A stretch of 64,000 nucleotides of DNA from Psammoneis japonica. Lineage: Eukaryota. The notes below the pieces were generated by a model. That model made no database searches, was not told where the DNA came from, and worked only from the letters and a program-made list of their open reading frames with translations. Shown piece after piece: positions 25,401-39,115 of this stretch; the stretch's first letter is position 1; every line of letters starts with the position of its first letter. The stretch is taken from assembly GCA_008632985.1 (NCBI GenBank), contig QPGO01000009.1:558001-622000 (forward strand), read 5' to 3'. A program made the position numbers and the translations under genes.

Positions 25401-25967
25401 TTGCTCTGCTCTCTTCCAGTCCTGCACACAAAGACTTTACACCCTCAGGGCCAATGCTGGCATGATCAAGAATGAGTGTTTCCAGCAGAGAAAGAGAAGG
25501 GAGATGACTTTTGACAAACGCTTGATGCCATCATCCCCAATGTGAGTGCGAATCAAACAAATGGTCACCAGCTTTGGGAGATGCAAAAAGGCTTAAGGCA
25601 AATCATCCATTCCCTCTAAAACAATGTCACAATGAGACAAACTCAGAAATGTTAATTCACGAAAGGACGGAAGGACTCGGTGCAATTGCCTGCACTTTTT
25701 GGCATCGATTTCTTCCTGCCACAAGTCTGTTTTGCGAAGAACCTCACTTGGGTTTGTTTTGGCCAACACCACTTGCATGCTGTGCAAAGACCTCATTGCA
25801 ACACAGACAGGAGATTTGGCAGATGCTCAACAACCTTTTGCTTGAGAATGAAGTCATTGTTGACATGAAAATCACCCAGGTGTGTGAAACTGTGTGAGTG
25901 GACTGCTGGCACTGCAGCACCATCCGCAAAGTTTTAAAACATCAACACATGTTGGACATTGCTGTTT

Positions 25968-26540
25968 GACAGATGCCTGGGGTGCATGGTGGGTGGCAGA
26001 TGGCAGATGATGGCAGATGCTGGATGGTGGATGCAGGATGATGGCTTCAGGATGCTGGATGTTGGATGCTGGGTTGGATGGTGGATGGCAGATGGCAGAT
26101 GCTGCATGGTGGATGGCGGATGCTGGATGGTGGATGCTGGACAGTTGATGGTGGCAGATGGCAGGTGGCAGACAGTGGATGGTGGATGGCAGATGGCGGA
26201 TGGTGGGTGCAGGATGCCAGCTTCAGGATGCTGGATGGCGGATTGTGGGTGGTGGATGCTGGATGTCAGATGCTGGGCTGGATGGTGGGTGGTGGATGGT
26301 GGATGGCAGATGCTGCATGGTGTGTGGCAGATGCTGGATGGCAGGTGCTGGACAGTGGATGGTGGCTGATGGCAGAAGGTGGGTGGCAGATGGAGGATGC
26401 TGGGTGGTGGATGCAGAATGCTGGATGATGGCTGGATGACAGCTGGATGACAGCTGGATGGTGGTGGATGGCAGACGGCGGATGGCAGATGGTGGATGCA
26501 GGATGCTGGTTTCAGGAGGTGGATGGCAGATGGTGGATGG
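25968..26540. repeat. degenerate 7-bp tandem repeat (GGATGGT/AGATGGC/GGATGCT)
   Basis: About 570 bp of 7-nt periodic RGATGSY units. Confidence 0.85.
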
Positions 26541-26699
26541 GCTGACTCTTCATTCCCTTCATCAAGCAAGGGTTGTGGGGAGCACTGCAGCCAACATGGC
26601 TGTTCAAGAAACATGTGTCAACAGCAAGGCAGTTGCCAGACCCAGCAGCTGCAGCAAGCAAGATGCTGTGTGTTTCCTTGACACAGCTGTCCACTGGGT

Positions 26700-27230
26700 G
26701 AGCTTCACCTGCATGGTCTTCCCCACTTGTGGGAATGTGCGCATGACCCCAAGTTGCTTGTCCAAAGGGCACAGTGCATTTTCTCAAATTCTCCCAGTGT
26801 CTTGCCTGCTTTGACGAGATCTTCTTGGAGCTTCTGGATTGTCAGAGCATCCCAAAGCAAGGAGAGCGCATCATCTTTTTCTCCACACTTGGCCCAAACA
26901 AGGCAGCCAATCATGTTCAGCATGTTGCTGTCCTCCTTGGAGTCTTTGCCAAGTCACAGCTTCCATGGACTGTTCAAGGCCTTCTCAAAATATTGCAAAG
27001 CCTGCTCTGGCTCATCTTGATTGTGCAGCATGAATCCCATTCTGTGCAAAGCAGCTGCAATGTCCTTGTGGTTTGGTCCCAGGCTGATTGCAATCACCCA
27101 CATCATCTGCCAAGTCACAAAGCTCACACAAATCAGAACCCACCAGCTCATGATTTTCATGGTGTGCCAGCTTGTTGCGAATCTGCAGGGCTTCTTTCAA
27201 GGCAGTTTCCACTTTCTGACTGTGCCCTGC
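26700..27230 (-). pseudogene. TPR (kinesin-light-chain-like) gene remnant
   Basis: LGPNHKDIAAALHRMG..EQALQYFEKAL and MLNMIG..GEKDDALSLLWDALTIQK; frameshifted. Confidence 0.7.
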
Positions 27231-30200
27231 AGCCTGGATGGGGTGCCGATTTCTCATGTGCACATGCCCTGAAACCACCTCATTGCTGTCAGGCAATCGC
27301 AGTTGATGGATTCCAAGTGTTTCGTCTAAACATTTCTGTGCCTTGCCAGGTCAATTCTACATCTGGTGAAGGAATGCCATGTTGAACCAAGTGCTGGCCA
27401 CATCAAGGTGTGCCAATCAAATGATTCTTTGTGGGGCATAAAAACAGATGGTGGCAAGCTTGCAGTGATCAATTTTAACCAAGCTCCACTTTCTTGAATC
27501 AAAGAGAGTCTTTGCACCACAGGATTTGGGTGCCTCTGGCACATCGCCTTTACTGCATCACAGGCTCTGCATGGTGCATGTTTCCTGTCCTTTCAAAAAC
27601 GTCCCCAATGTTGATCCAAAGACAATCAGGCTCAACATGCACAACATCTGACACCCAGTTATAACTGTCCATTGCCTCATTGCAATCACACATTCCCAAA
27701 AGACATCACCAATCTTTTGCATGGCTTGGGCATGCAGAATGTGTTTCAAGGCCTTGACGCACTGACCAATTTCCACAAACACCATTCCACCATTGACAAG
27801 ATCAGACACAACAAACTCCTCAAAACCCAAGGATGCAATCAACAAGTTCCAAACTCTTGACTGATTTCCCAGTGCAAAATGGATGAGTGCCATGATCACC
27901 AATCACGTGCTGTGCTCCACACACTGCACTCGTCCAGTTTCCAAGCACAAGGCTTGCTCTTCCTCTGCCTTGCACCCACTGTCTCCAACAGATGGAAAAT
28001 TACCCAATGCCTTGCAAGTGCACTCCATGAGCACTCAAGGGGGTTTCTTTCTTGATCCCTTTGCAAATCACAGAGCTCTTTGCAGTCAGCAATGTGTTTC
28101 CCAGTGGCATGGTCAACATGGTGTCAATGACATGTAATTTCACCACCATGGCCCACTGCTGCAACACCCCCATTGTTCCACAGAAAAAGGAGGAGGACGT
28201 CAAGGGGGTGGGAGAAGAGATTGGCACATTTTTGATGCCATGTGCACACGGTGTTGTCTCAGAGTCTTTTGGCTTCAAGCACATTGACTGCAAAACACAA
28301 GTGATGACACCATGGAAGAAGCAAAGAAACATCCAGCAGCCTCTGTAAATTACAAGCAAAGCAGCATTGTTGAGATTCTGGAAAGTGGTGACAAGGAATC
28401 ATTGAAAGACACTGCAGCACTGCTCTCTCTGCAGCAAATCTGAGGAGAACTGCTCTGTTGCTCCTGAGCTTGGCCATGTCTTTCCCGCATTTGAGTCAGT
28501 GCTTCTGACCAGTGTTGCTGCATCGACTGCTTCAGAAGAAAGTGCCAAGTGTCTGACAAGGTGCACAAGAACTCTCCTGGCTTTGTTTTGCACTGTTTCA
28601 TTGATGCTTGTGTCAACTTTGAATTTCCATTTGATGTTGGAGGGTGAAGCCTTGGCAACTGCAATGCACCAATGCATCTTTTGCTGGCCATTGCTGCTCC
28701 CAGGCACCACCACATCTTTCACACTGAATTTGCAGGAGAAATCAAGGGTGTGTGCATTTGTCAAGTTGGTGAATGCAGAGGCTTGCACCTGCATCTTTCA
28801 CGTTGAATTTGCAGGAGAAATCAAGGGCATGTGCATCATCCATGAATCAGACTCAGCATTTGACTCATGACTTGTGCCCACATCTCAAAGCCCAAGCTTT
28901 GCAAGAGACAATTTAGCCAATGCCAACGGAGGCTTTGCACCATGCTCTAGAATGACAGTGGAGCACACCAAGCAACAAGACAGGTCACACCCATTTTCAC
29001 TCAAGACATGGTCTCTTTGCCCCAGACTCTGTGGAAACAAACAGAGCTGACACATCAACTTGGGCTTGTCTTGACCCATGCCACGCTGCTGCAGGATTAA
29101 TGTCATCCCAAGTCTGTGCTGCTCTTGTGGAATTGCCGCCAAAAGCACATCGCAGTTGAGACCATTGCTGCTGTGGCTTGTCCATGCCAGCCAACATGAA
29201 TGCCAGCAGCAGTGTGGGTTTGCAGCAATTGATGGTTCAGGTGGATGTGATGGGCAACCTTTGTCCTTGTCATCAAGAAGGATTTGCAAATTCTGCCAAT
29301 GAGTTGGATTTCTTTGCCACCCACAGGGTCCAGCCTTTGTTTTGCCATTGCAGCAATGAGACAAAATGATTGTTTTGCCTCTGCCATGTCTGTCAGTTCT
29401 GTGGCAATGCAAGACAAAACCAACAACATTGAAAACAATGGCAAAAATTCTTTTTCCTTGAGCAGCGGTCTTTCAACAACAGCCATTGTGTTGCCAGCAC
29501 TGTCTTGGGTGCCATGATTGTGTGTTTGCTCTTTGCTGAGGGATGTTGTTGTGCCAAAATGATGACTGGATCACGAACAAGCTGTTTCAAAAGCATGGGT
29601 CTGAACACGTCCCTTGCCATCCACACATCCAAGGGTTTGTTCCAAGAAAAATGCCAATTTGGATGGCTCTTTTTGGACTTCACTGAAAAAGCCCAAACAA
29701 GCACAATGACAAGCACTGCCAAGTTTGGCTTGACCATCCAATCTGTCCTGTGTGGAGGATGGTCAAGCCAGCAGCAGTCCCAAGAGTCAACAGTGAGCAG
29801 TTGTTTGAATTGACAACAGACCAATTCCAGCTGTGACTTGTCATGGAATGATGGATTGCACTTGGCTGTCAAAAGAAGGGTGGTGGTGGACTTTTGGCAC
29901 ATGCCTGTTTGCTCAATGATGGCACTCAAGAGGCAGCCACGCACAACCCTGGTTCTGCTGTGTCAAGTGCAGCCATGTTGGGCACTGCCACAGCAGCCAG
30001 TTCCTTGTTGGTTGGCACCACTGTTTCAAGATGAACATGACATTTCACCCAGCAAGACACAACAAGGTGTCCATGCACCACCGGGTTGATTGGGAATTAG
30101 CATGGATGCCATGCTGGGTGGACCTCCCAGTCATGTCAATGGCCAGTTTGATTGGACAATCAATGGCAAACAGCATGAGTCAAAGATGGAAAGTGACATT

Positions 30201-32764
30201 GAGCAGTGATGTTGAACAACAAAAATCAACAGAAACCATGCAGGAGAAGAAAGCCCATTCTCTTGGTTCCTTGGAATTGTGACTTGTGGCACGGGATGGA
30301 TGATTGAATTTGCGTGTGTGCTGTGGGTCCATGCACACACCCTGGAAGATGTGCCGAGTCTACATGTGCGATGCAGCAGGTGGTGCTGACTAGAGCAGTG
30401 CTGACTCTGGAAACTGCAGTGACAATGAAGACAACACAGTCACCAGCCTGCCAGCTTCACTCTCTCTTGGTGCCGGCAGAGCCACAGCTGCATGCAGTGG
30501 TGTTGGGCTGGCAGTCAAAGTTGCAAACTCTCAGGCAGAGAAGCAGATGACAACCAACATGTTGCAGCACACCTTCTGCTTGAGATGCACTGACGTTGTG
30601 ACTGCATTGTCTCCCACATGTCATCCAAGCCTTCCAGGTGCACAGAAAACACTGGCTCAAAAGGCAAGCATGATTTGTTTCAAAACTGTCACCCGCCTTT
30701 CACAGGCAAGTGCTGGAGCCTCAACAGCATTCTTGGATTCTTTGCAGGGTTTCAAAAAGGTGCAGAATCTTGAAGAACATTCATCAGATGTGCAGCAAAG
30801 TGTCAACATGCTGGGTGTGTGCATGACAGTCAGACCCACCAGACAGACAAGAAGATCTCTTTCTCACTGGGCCAGTTTGCAGGGAGGTTCCACATGCTCA
30901 TCACTGTTGCTGTTGCTGCTCTGTCAGATCATGGCCTTGCAATTCTCCTCTGCTGCCTTTGGGTTGATTGCTGCACTTTATTCTCATCATTTTGTGAGCA
31001 GATTGAGCACCTGCCTCTTTTTTGATCTGCAGGACACAAGTCTGAAAAGAGTGCCATTGATGCCCTTGCTGACATTGATTTTGTTTTTGATGAATGCCCT
31101 GGTCTCCTTCACAACAGGGAGATCATGAACAGCATTTGTGACACTTTGACATAGACTTTGATCTAGGTGTGGTGGTTTTTGAAAATGAGAAACACACACA
31201 AATGCAAGACTGTGTCCTTCATGAGCTCATCCCAGCTCTGGCAAGGAACCCCCAGGACATGGCACCCATTGTGTTGATGATCAACAGAGCTGCTCTCAAG
31301 GTGATGACCAAAGTTGATGGCAACTCCACATCTCCCCCATCCAGACAGAGGTTTGAGCAGAGTGCCCAACTTGCTCTTCAAGCTGGCAAGGAGACTGCAA
31401 GAATTCAGCTGGCGCAGAGCACACACGCCTCAATTCTGACATCCAATGGACTGGAACAGGCACTCAAACAAGCACGCCTGTCTCCACTGTCATTGGCTGC
31501 TGCTGATCCTCTGTCAACTTGCATGGCTGATCTTGTTGTGGACTTTGTGCAGATGCACCAAGTCCTCCACTGCCACACACAACACCCAGCACATGTTGTG
31601 AAGATGCCCCAATGTTTTGCGTGTCCGGTGTCATGCTGCATGTGGCCAACCAAGCACTTTTGCTCCCTCCAATGGCAAAAGCATCTTTTGCATTGGCCCA
31701 TGCAGAGATGATCTTGTTGTGGCACCATGCATTTCCATGTCAGGACCTGCATCACCCTGCTCCATGTCACAAAGGCTGCTGGGAAGGCTGTGGTTGGCTG
31801 TTGTGTTTGAGTCCCTGACAACAACAGTTTGTTTCCAGATTGGGAGAGGGAGCAATGTGTTGCAGATGGGAAGTGTGCAAGAACAACAAGTGCGCCAGCT
31901 CCTGCAGTGGTGAATTGTTGGGTGACCAAGATTTGCACATTGCTGGACATCCACCCACCAAACATTGACCTTCTCTCAATCTTGAGGGGTGCTTCAAGTT
32001 GAACTCTGTTTGTCCAGTGAGATTTCCAAGGGTGCAGAGCAACATTGGCAATGCATTGTTCTCTCCAGTGGTTTGCTCTCACACCATGTGTGGCTGCTCT
32101 GCCCCCCATCTTGCTCCTCCACCCTCCCTGCTGCTGGCAAGTTAGCCTCTGTCCCCAACAATGACCCCACCGTTTCTGATCAGCAGAGGGGTGAAATTTC
32201 CCACCCAGTCACCAGCCCTCTGTTTGCACAGTCCTGGGAAACAAAGTGGATGGAATCAGATCCACAGATTTGTTCCCTGTTTCCCAGCCACTGTCTCAGC
32301 AGCACCACACAAACACAAATGCCTGTGCATGTTTCTGCACATTGAATGTGTTTGTGTGTTGATTGTTGTGACCATTTGGCAGCTTGAACTGTGTCACATC
32401 ATTCAGGTTGCAGCCATGCAGAGGCAGTGCCAGGGAATCTGCAGCTCATGTTGTTCAATGCTCACCTGCAGCGTGTCAATGCTCTGAAGACATTGAGCAC
32501 TTTTGTGATGTGCTTTGTTTGTCTGCTGTCATTTTCAGGGCAAAGTTTGCACAGGACTTTGTGCCAAGTGCTGCAGCATGCTGTGTTTGGCTGGCAGGCT
32601 GAAAGGGTCTTCTCTTTGTTCCAGGTTGGTGCAGTCAGTTGTGGTGCAAAACAGCACAGTGTCACTCTGTGGCTCTCTGCTGCAGCACCCCCAGTTGTTC
32701 CACCCAGAGAAATGAAGGAGGTTGAGGCTGAGGGGACAGGAGAAGTGACAACTCATTTTTGATG

Positions 32765-33085
32765 CAGATGGATTGGCACGCAGAGTTTTGCCCCAAAGTT
32801 GGCATGCCAAGTTTTGCAACAAAGTTTGTGTGCCAAGTTTTGCCCCAAAGCAGGCATGCCAAGTTTCACCCCAAAGTCAGCATGGCAAGTTTTGACCAAA
32901 CGTTTGCAAGCCAAGTTTTGTTCCAAAGTGAGTTTTGCCCCAAAGTTGATGTGCCAAGTTTCAACTTAAAGTCAGCATGCAAAGTTTCAACCCAAAGTTG
33001 GCATGCCGAGTTTTGACCCAAAGTTGGCACTTCAATTTTGCTGCAAAGTTGGCGCACCAAGTGTTGCCCCAAAGTTGGCACATCT
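32765..33085. repeat. satellite of about 21-22 bp units with palindromic core TTGGCATGCCAA
   Basis: Repeated CCCCAAAGTTGGCATGCCAAGTTTTG variants. Confidence 0.85.
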
Positions 33086-36000
33086 GCAACATGTTTCTGT
33101 GCTTGACAAGAGTGCAGCTTGTCAATGATTGAAATTTTCACATGTGCTGTGCTGATCACATCTGCAGATCTTGAACACAGACAATTGTCAATTTTGTTTC
33201 TCAGCACACAAAGAAACAAATCTTTTTTTCTGATTTCAAGCCACCTGCATGGCTTGCTCTGTTCACATTTTAAACACTTGTTGAGAACAGTTTCTTTTTT
33301 TTCTTCCTTTTGTCAGATCTCTGCCTTTGTTTAAGTTGCCCGTGTGGCTCACACAAGTGCGTTCTCTGTGTGCTGCAGTTTGCTCTTTTGTGTGAGCACC
33401 CACCAGCAACCTCCTGCATGTGTTTCTGTGCATGTTCTTGTGCCAATGTCGCCATTCTCAGATGGTGTTGATTTGGCTCTGACAAGCTCATTCTGTCCAT
33501 GTTTGCCAATGGCACGTCCTCATTGCAGCATGACAAGCAAAGCTTGTCAGTGGAAGATGACAAGTGTCGCAGCATGTTGGCTTGTGTGCTGGTTGTAATT
33601 TTCTGTTGCCTCAGAAAATTTTCTGCACAAGTTCCAGTGCAGATTCCATGTGAATCCACAGATGCTGCTGACAATCTGCACATCACTTCTGCAGCCTGCC
33701 ATCATCCTTGCCAGTCGGTCTTCAATGCTGCTTCCTTTCCTTGCCATGCAATCAAGTCCTTCTTCACTCTTTGTGGTGCAAGCATGCTTCTGTTGTGGCC
33801 TTTTTCAGCAAGAACATTGGTTGTCCTTTGGAGTCATTTGATTGTTGTCCATTTGCTGCTCCCACTGGTTTTTCTGTGCAAGATCTGGTGTTGTTTCTGC
33901 ATGTTGCCACTGACCATCTGCATGTCACTTCTCCGCACTGCTTTCATCCTTGCCAGTTGGTCTTCAACCCCCCCCGTTTCTTTTCTCTGCTGTGCAGTCA
34001 AGTGCTTCACTCTTTGTGGTGAATGTGATGCTTCTGTTGTGGCCCTTTTCAGCAAGAGCGCGAGTCATCCTGTGGTGCCACTTGATTGTCTTTGGTTTGC
34101 TGCTCCCACCGGCTTTTCTGTGCAAGACCCAGCATTGTTTCTACGTGCCATGAACATTTGCTCCAATGACCTGCTCATCTTGCCTTCAAGGCTCCTTTTG
34201 TGAACCATTTTAAAAACCTGTCTGAATGCAATTGTCCATTGCAGTTGTGGCATGCCTTCTATGGCTGTCATCAACAAGCACACAACAAATCCCTTGTGTG
34301 AATCATTCCTTTTTAGCTGTCTTGGTGGGGTGTCACCTTCTGGTGATGCCCATTCCAGCCAATCCCACGCAAGCTCCTGCCGCACTTGACTGTGCACTGG
34401 GGGTGTGGGGTCAGCCGGTGCTGGCATGGCTGGCAAAGAAGTGACAGCACTTTAAATTAAGATCTGGTTTTTTGTGTGTGTTGCAGTTTGCCACTTGCAA
34501 AGCAAAAAAGAGTTGTTGACAACTGACAACTGCCAGGGATTGTCTCATCAGGGTGTCATTTGAGCAACAGGTTGAAACTTTTGGATGGCTTGGTGCAGAC
34601 ATTGAGCCGATTTGATTGTTGCAAATGATCATGACAAGCAAGGATTGCCGCGATTTCTTTTGTTTTTGACACAGAAAACACTGCCAAAGAAAGAGCTTGT
34701 GCCTTTCTGTGTCATCTTGGTTGAGTGTGTTGTCCAGTTCATGGGTGCCTGCACAATGTGCTCCACTTTTGACCTTCAAAACATTTGCTGTCATGTTGGA
34801 TGCAAAAGAAACAAAGAAATTGAGTGAAGAGTTCAGATGATGATTGGGGGCAGTGAACGAAAATGCCTTTCTTCAGGACACCCACCTCGTGATTGCAATG
34901 ACATTTGAACATGCTCTCTCCTGGTGTTTCTTGCACTTGGTGCTGAATGTTGCCACCTCTGCAACTGATCCCATGGTCAACTCGAGTTGCATTGTGTGTC
35001 TGTGTTTTGGAAAGAAAAAGAATTGATTTTATGGGTCACAAGCGTTTTTGTGGAAAATCACAGCAATGGCTCATTTTGTCCTCATTTTAAGGCTCATTTT
35101 GTCCTCATTTTGAGGCTCATTTTGTCCTCATTTTGAACTCTTGTTAAGAACATTTCATTTGTTTTTTTTTCCTCCACATGTGCATGTCAGATCTCTGCCT
35201 TTGTTTTAGCTGCCTGTGTGGCTCATTTTGTCCTCATTTTAAACCTCTCAAGAATGGTTTCATTTGTTTCCTTTTCCTTTCATTTTGTCAGCTCTCTGCC
35301 TTTGCTTTGCTCTGTCTCTGCTGCACCTGTCCTTTTTCCTGCTGGGCGCTGCACAACTCATCCACTGATCTAACATCCACCAACAACATTGGCGCACCCC
35401 TGTCACAATCCACTTTGTTGTCCTGGTTGGATGTGTGATCATGACAACAGCAACAAGCGTGCTCTCCAAAGGCATTTTCAAAGGCATCTCCAGCGTTGTT
35501 CTTCTTTCTTCATTTTAGCCTGAACCCTGACAATGACTTTAGGAAGCACACCCCCAGTGCTGCAGGAAGAGAAGCACTGGGAACAGCAGGGAAGAGCAGC
35601 TTAGATTTAAACTTGCCAACAAGGCACGGTCTTTGCATCTCATGAAGCAAGCAATGGCTCTGCTCCTTGGAAAGCTGCTGCTTGAAGACAGAGACTGGGA
35701 AGATTGTTTCAACTTCTTCCCTGTCACCATCACCACAAATCAAGACAATGGCCAAGAGTTCATCAGCCACACATCCTCTTTTCCAAGGGTTTCATTCTGG
35801 TGTTGAGTTTGATGACATGTCTTGGTGTCTCCAGTTGGAGCAACAGGCTTGCTGGGTGGATGGTGCATGATGCACAGGCCAGCGCCACTTGAAAAGCTAA
35901 AATGGAGCATGTGGTGGTGTCCCCATGTCCCAGCAAACATTTGCCAAATGCCAAGCCACATCATTGTAAATGCACACTGGCTTGAGTTGCTGCCTGCATG

Positions 36001-36089
36001 ACATGCACACCAAATGCACTGGCTGAGTCTGCATTTGCTGAGTGGGTTGGCCCAATTGTGGCATCTTTGCACTCTTGATTTGGGAAGCT

Positions 36090-37380
36090 GCAGGCCTTGT
36101 CTTGGGCAGCAGCAGCCCCGTTGCATGACTCCTCCACAAACAAGAAGATGCCCAGCTGCGCAAGGTGTGGAAGCATGAGGCCAACAGATGTGAAAAAGGA
36201 GGTGTGTGCAGTTGTCTTGGAATGGCATTGGAGGACTCCAGTGGGTTGCCAGGGACATGCCAACAACCATGGTTGGGGAGCAAATGCCTTGTCTTGTGTC
36301 AACACAGCACCTCATTGTCTCTCTGACATGACTGGCTTTGGCCCAGCCAGCTGACCGGCCAGGACAAGCACAGATGTGGCAAAGGAGGTGTGCAGTTGTC
36401 TTGGGATGGCATTGGAGAACTCCAGTGGGTTGCCAGGGACATGCCAACAGCCATGGCAGGGGAGCAAATGCCTTGTCTTGCATCAGTGCAGCACCTTGTC
36501 TCTCTGACATGACTGGCTTTGGCCCAGCTGGCCCACCTGCAGAGACAAGGGAAACATCTGTGCAACAGTGCAAGTGCTCCATTGTCTTGGGATGGCATTG
36601 GATGACTCCATTGGGTCCCAGAGAATGCAACAACAACAATGGCTGGGAATCCAAGACCTTGTCTTGTGTCAATGCAGCACCCTGTCACTTTGACATGACT
36701 GGGTTCTTTGACCCAGTCACCCCACCTGCAAGGACAAGAAAATCATCTGTGTGACATTGCAAGTGCTCAGTCATGTCTTGGGATGGCATTGGATGACTCC
36801 ATTGGGCCCCAAGGGATGCAATGACAACAATGGTTGGGAAGCAAAGGCCTTGTCTTGTGTCAATGCAGCCCCACATCTCTCTGACATGACTGGGTTCTGC
36901 GGCCCAGCCACCCCACCCACAGAGACAAGAAAACCATTTGTGTGACAGCCCAAGGGCTCAGCTGTTGTGAGATGGCTTTTGACAACTCTGTTGGATCCCA
37001 GAGGACACAACAACATCAATGGCTTGGAAGAAAAGGCCTTGTCTTGTGTCAATGCAGCACCTTGTCCCTCTGACATTGTGACTGGGTTTGGCCCAACCAA
37101 GAACCAATTTGCAAGAAAGACAAGGGAGCCATCTGTGTGACAGCACAAGCACTCAGTTGTCTTGGAATGAGCACAAGAGACTTCATTGGGTCCCTGAGGA
37201 GGCAAGAACAACAATGGTTGGAAGGAAAAGCCTGGTCTTGGGCCAACACAGCCTCTTTTCTGTCTGATGCAATTGACTTGTTTGGCCCAGCCACCTCACC
37301 TGCAGAGACAAGGGAGCTTTCTGTGCCATGTGACAGTGCAAGTGCCCAGCTGTCTTTGGATGGCCTTGGGTGCCTCCATT
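36090..37380. repeat. minisatellite, about 7 diverged units of about 185-190 bp
   Basis: GCCTTGTCTTGTGTCAATGCAGC-like anchor at about 36095, 36286, 36470, 36656, 36847, 37035 and 37230. Confidence 0.85.
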
Positions 37381-38134
37381 GTGTCCCAGGGGAGCCAACA
37401 ACAACCAGGGCAGGGAGTCAATGAATGGAAATTCATGGTGGTCCCTGTCTCAAGCTGAGGGTGTCTTGCAGGAAGGAACTGCATCGCACTCCTTGAGAAA
37501 GTCAAGATCTTCTTGTTGAACTGCAGGAGAATCACAGCTGTCAGACACATTGTCAAAAGCATTGACTTCTCCATTGCATCCCAGGGGAGCCAACAACAAC
37601 CAGGGCAGGGAATCAATGAATGTGGATGGTGTTCCCTGTCTCTTGTTTGGATGGAAAATGGAAAACCAACAAAGAACAGAAGAGCAAGACCCACCTTCAA
37701 GTTGCCCACTTTCTCTAAGAGGTTGGTCTCCAAAGTTGTCATTTCACTGGCATGAAGGGTCTGTTTCTGAGCTTTCTGGAGAGAGAGAGAGATGATTGTC
37801 TTGTTGGCAGTGGCAATTTTTGAACACACCGCACATGGCAAAAAGGTGTTGATTGAGGTCCCCAAGCTGGGAGTGTGTGGCACGAGTGTGACAATTTCAA
37901 CATTAACAAGAACACCTTGATGTGATGAAATCAAACTTTTGAACACACACGTGTGACATCAATGACTGAATGATTCATTGAGGCAGTTTCAAATCATTCA
38001 AATCATTGTGTTGCAACAAAATCATTGGTTTTTAAAACAAAATTGTTGCTCAAAAAGTGATGCCAACAGAAATCAACTGACGGTCAGGCTCGCATTTTGG
38101 CCAAAAACATGAATTGTTGCTCCCTCACAAGACA

Positions 38135-39115
38135 CAAAAAATGCAAACTCAAGTCGCACCCAACATCTGACAATGAGAGCAGTGGGAACAGGCAGCGGCA
38201 TTGCAGACAGGACTGAATAAAATGCAGGCAAGTGGCAAATGCATGGAGGTTGGGCACACAATGAAAACAACTGACACCCACACACATCTTTGCACACAGA
38301 CATCCAGACATGTGACCTGACCTGCAACGGAAGATGGGCAATGGGGAAGGGCACAAAGGTGAGCAGAAACAGTGCATGAGACAAGAGATTGCAAGAAAAA
38401 CAAGACATTCACAAAACCCAATCATTGGCACAAAGTTTTTTCTTGTTGCAGGCAACACTTTGGCCTGCCAAACAGAAGGAATGCAAGACAGATCATTGCA
38501 GGACAATGTTGTTGCCTGGTGCAGATGATCACAGAGAGAGTGAGAGTGACAGCAAGGAGGACACAAGGACCAAAAAATCACACCCGTTGTGTGGGAATTG
38601 TGAAGGACAACAGGAGCTGGTGAAATGCAGGAAAAACACAAACAGGACAAAGGGAGCATTGTTTGGTGTGCAGCGCAGAAATGATGAAATGGAACATTTG
38701 CAAAATGGACAACAAGCAGCACACAGCCAATGCACAATCAGGTTTGCAAGACAATTGAACATCATCATTGTCAGAAATGAACAATGTCAGAAAAAAGTTG
38801 TTGTGAACACACAATTGTCAAGATGGAAACAAATGCAAGTTGCAAGTTTCATCAACTGACATTTCCTGCTTGGAAGGTCAGTTTAATTGTTGACAGATGC
38901 AAAAGCAATGTCAAAACAAGTGGACATGAAAAATTGACAAGAATGTGCGCATGATGTGACTGATTTACATCAGCTGTTAAGCCCCACTTGGAAGGTTCAA
39001 ACAACAATTAAACTCCTTTTGTCAACAATTTGTCAAGGACTTGTTAAGAACAGACAATTCTGAAAAAGAGAATGTGAGTTCTGACCAAGAGCCACAATGT
39101 TTTCCAGACACATGC
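38135..39115 (+). repeat. about 1-kb degenerate element, inverted copy of 46875-47853
   Basis: E.g. CAACATCTGACAATGAGAGCAGTGGG (38161) is the reverse complement of about 47805-47830; CAAGAGCCACAA (39087) matches TTGTGGCTCTTG (46894). Confidence 0.85.

Noticed and set aside
35480..36000. Possible LTR gag remnant (ETIFPVSVFKQQ...MQRP)
   Set aside because: Resemblance too weak and fragmentary to call.
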